From positions 3,067,907 to 3,131,906 of the forward strand of contig OZ244744.1 of NCBI GenBank assembly GCA_965219455.1: 64,000 nt of DNA, in the 5' to 3' direction. The position numbers and the translations under genes are program-made. The notes beneath the pieces are model-generated. The model did no database searches. It saw only the letters and a list, made by a program, of their open reading frames with translations, and was not told where the DNA came from. Position 1 is the first letter of the stretch, and each line of letters begins with the position of its first letter. Shown in pieces: positions 62,303-64,000 of this stretch. The DNA is from Candidatus Latescibacterota bacterium (GTDB lineage: Bacteria; Latescibacterota; UBA2968; GCA-2709665).

Positions 62303-64000
62303 GATGTCTTACGTCCATAATCTCAAATCGATTCTCTCCGTCCCAGGATCGTCGGGGGAAATAAACTTGCCGGCTCGTCCCGTCCGGACCCATTTCGAAT
62401 CCGGGATCGTCCGCCAGCACCAGGATCGTCCGTCCTTCCCGTCTTACGACATCCGATAACCTGAGCCCAAGCGTAAACCCTGCCACGTCCTTAACCACAA
62501 CCGTCAATCCCCTCAGCCCCTCCCCTTCGGGAACGTTTCCGTCCACCACCAGACCGTCCAAATCGGCACCGTTTTCCTTCCGAAATACGCCCAGGATCTT
62601 ACCCCTGATGATACCCTCTCCCGACAGGTGGACGTTTCCCTTTTGCAGCAGCCTCCCGCCCACCAGGGTCATCCTCTCCACGGCACCGTCGCGCTCACGC
62701 ACAAACCCGATCCGGCCATCCAGCGCCATGTCTTCCACAACCATCCGTTTACCGTCCGGGTTACAGAACAGATAGTCCGTATAACCCTCTCCTGAAATTT
62801 TCAGCGCCAGGCCGTCGGAATCTGTGCCCAGCCGCGTCACCGAGCGGATAAAAGGTGCTTCGCCAATCGGCTCCAGCACATTCACGAATACACTGGAGAG
62901 ATCCTTCCCCTCCCGCCGATGAATCAATGCCGGCATGGTGCAATCATCAAGTCTGCCTTCGCTCTCTTCCGCACGCCGAACGGACGGCATGCTCCCGAAG
63001 AGCAGTTCACCATCCAGCTCTGAGACCCCGTGGGTACGAATACGACCCTTCGGCTCGCCCTCGCTGGCGAAGACCACGTTCCACGGCGTGGAGATTTCAG
63101 CCCGGCTCACGTCCCGCACGTAACCGTAGACGAAATTGTGTCCCTCCGCGTAACCCGGCACGGTCTCGCCGCTGGGAAACACGACCTCCACGTCGGGCGG
63201 CAGCAGTGTCTCACCATAGGTCGACCGATCCAGATCCGTCTCGATAGACCCATCGTTATTCGCATCTCCCACCAGCACGTAGTCGTGCCGCGTTCCCCCG
63301 TCAACGCGAAACACATCCACCACGTACGCATCCTGCGCCGAGACGCCGATCATCACGAGCAAACGTCTGTAATCCCTTACGACCCCGGGATACGCCCGAT
63401 TGCCCTGTGCAGCCACCGCCTGAAACCAACTGTTTCCCGGCACAAACAGCAGCAAGTTGCCATCGGAAGGGTCGTTTTCATTGCCCCGCGCCTGGTCCTC
63501 GCCATTCACGACCACGGTGCTGTGTGATAGCGTACTCGACGCCCACTGCCGCTGGTGGGTCCAGGTATAGCCGATATCTGACAGACGCTCCTGCCCGTGT
63601 GAAAACAGGGAAATGCTCAACAAATCGGCATGGGCGTGTCCGTAAGCGCCCGAAAAATGCAGGTGCGCCTGCATCTGATACGCGCCGTTGCCCCGCCCCA
63701 GCCAGGCATGTCCGACGCCGGCCAGCAGATGTGGAGCGGTCTCCGTGGTTGGCGCCCTTTCCTGCCAGGCCCACGTATCGTGCACCGCGACAAGGCGCCC
63801 GTTCGGATATCGCAAGAGATCCGGAATCCGTCTGGCCCTTTCAAAAAACGGGAAGCTGTCCAGGAGATCCAGGTTGTCGTAACGCTCGCCGCTTTTAGGA
63901 TTCGAGTAACCCTTTGGATCACTGTATCCCGTCAACAGGTCCATGACGGACACCAGGCCTTCCACCGTCTGATTATGATAGGAGACGGCCCCTTCCCGCC
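62283..64000 (-). CDS. Heparinase II/III-family protein (5' end beyond the window)
   Basis: GAYGHAHADLLSISLFSHGQERLSDIGYTWTHQRQWASSTLSHSTVVVNGEDQ is the heparinase II/III C-domain signature. The frame stays open upstream of the track start (…REGAVSYHNQTVEGL) to position 64000. Confidence 0.75.
   Translation of the reverse strand, partial: REGAVSYHNQTVEGLVSVMDLLTGYSDPKGYSNPKSGERYDNLDLLDSFPFFERARRIPDLLRYPNGRLVAVHDTWAWQERAPTTETAPHLLAGVGHAWLGRGNGAYQMQAHLHFSGAYGHAHADLLSISLFSHGQERLSDIGYTWTHQRQWASSTLSHSTVVVNGEDQARGNENDPSDGNLLLFVPGNSWFQAVAAQGNRAYPGVVRDYRRLLVMIGVSAQDAYVVDVFRVDGGTRHDYVLVGDANNDGSIETDLDRSTYGETLLPPDVEVVFPSGETVPGYAEGHNFVYGYVRDVSRAEISTPWNVVFASEGEPKGRIRTHGVSELDGELLFGSMPSVRRAEESEGRLDDCTMPALIHRREGKDLSSVFVNVLEPIGEAPFIRSVTRLGTDSDGLALKISGEGYTDYLFCNPDGKRMVVEDMALDGRIGFVRERDGAVERMTLVGGRLLQKGNVHLSGEGIIRGKILGVFRKENGADLDGLVVDGNVPEGEGLRGLTVVVKDVAGFTLGLRLSDVVRREGRTILVLADDPGFEMGPDGTSRQVYFPRRSWDGENRFEIMDVRHRVLSRK

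Overview
High-GC (about 60% by eye) bacterial chromosomal segment, densely coded, probably from an uncultured heterotroph. I cannot name the taxon from sequence alone. I recognised no rRNA, tRNA or CRISPR array.

Ordinary content:
- Two ABC systems, including a NitT/TauT-type ATPase-permease-binding protein set.
- An enolase-superfamily dehydratase.
- A gamma-glutamyl/peptide salvage cluster: transglutaminase-like protein, M19 dipeptidase, Na+/solute symporter, GGT.
- A steroid-5-alpha-reductase-like protein plus an SDR.
- katG and bcp.
- Several phytanoyl-CoA dioxygenase (PhyH) paralogs.
- A putative polysaccharide-degradation cluster ending in a heparinase II/III-family gene cut by the window edge.

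Unusual content:
1. A ubiquitin-like conjugation operon at 53.0-55.1 kb: a beta-grasp Ubl, an E2-like protein and a JAB::E1 fusion. It is followed by an XRE regulator and converges on a papain-fold peptidase with a coupled 66-aa partner. This is my best candidate for a poorly described, probably defensive, system.
2. Two genes with an in-frame TGA followed 10-12 nt later by a hairpin with a GUU-containing loop. These are candidate selenoproteins: one UGSC-like at 20.7-21.4 kb, one peroxiredoxin-like at 39.9-40.5 kb.
3. An intact IS1380-family element with a target-site duplication, splitting a sterol-reductase/DUF1295-type membrane-protein gene.
4. An AbiE-like pair: HTH protein plus nucleotidyltransferase.
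5. Two AT-richer islands at 25.3-30.6 kb and 36.9-38.9 kb that encode secreted proteins of unknown function.
6. A ~2.1-kb segmental duplication (PQQ-like beta-propeller plus RidA) embedded in a patchwork of gene relics.
7. Several families of GC-rich palindromic, partly TIR-bounded (MITE-like) repeats that fill almost every intergenic region and in places supply gene termini.

Many long ORFs in the supplied track are antisense shadows of real genes in GC-rich DNA and are not called.
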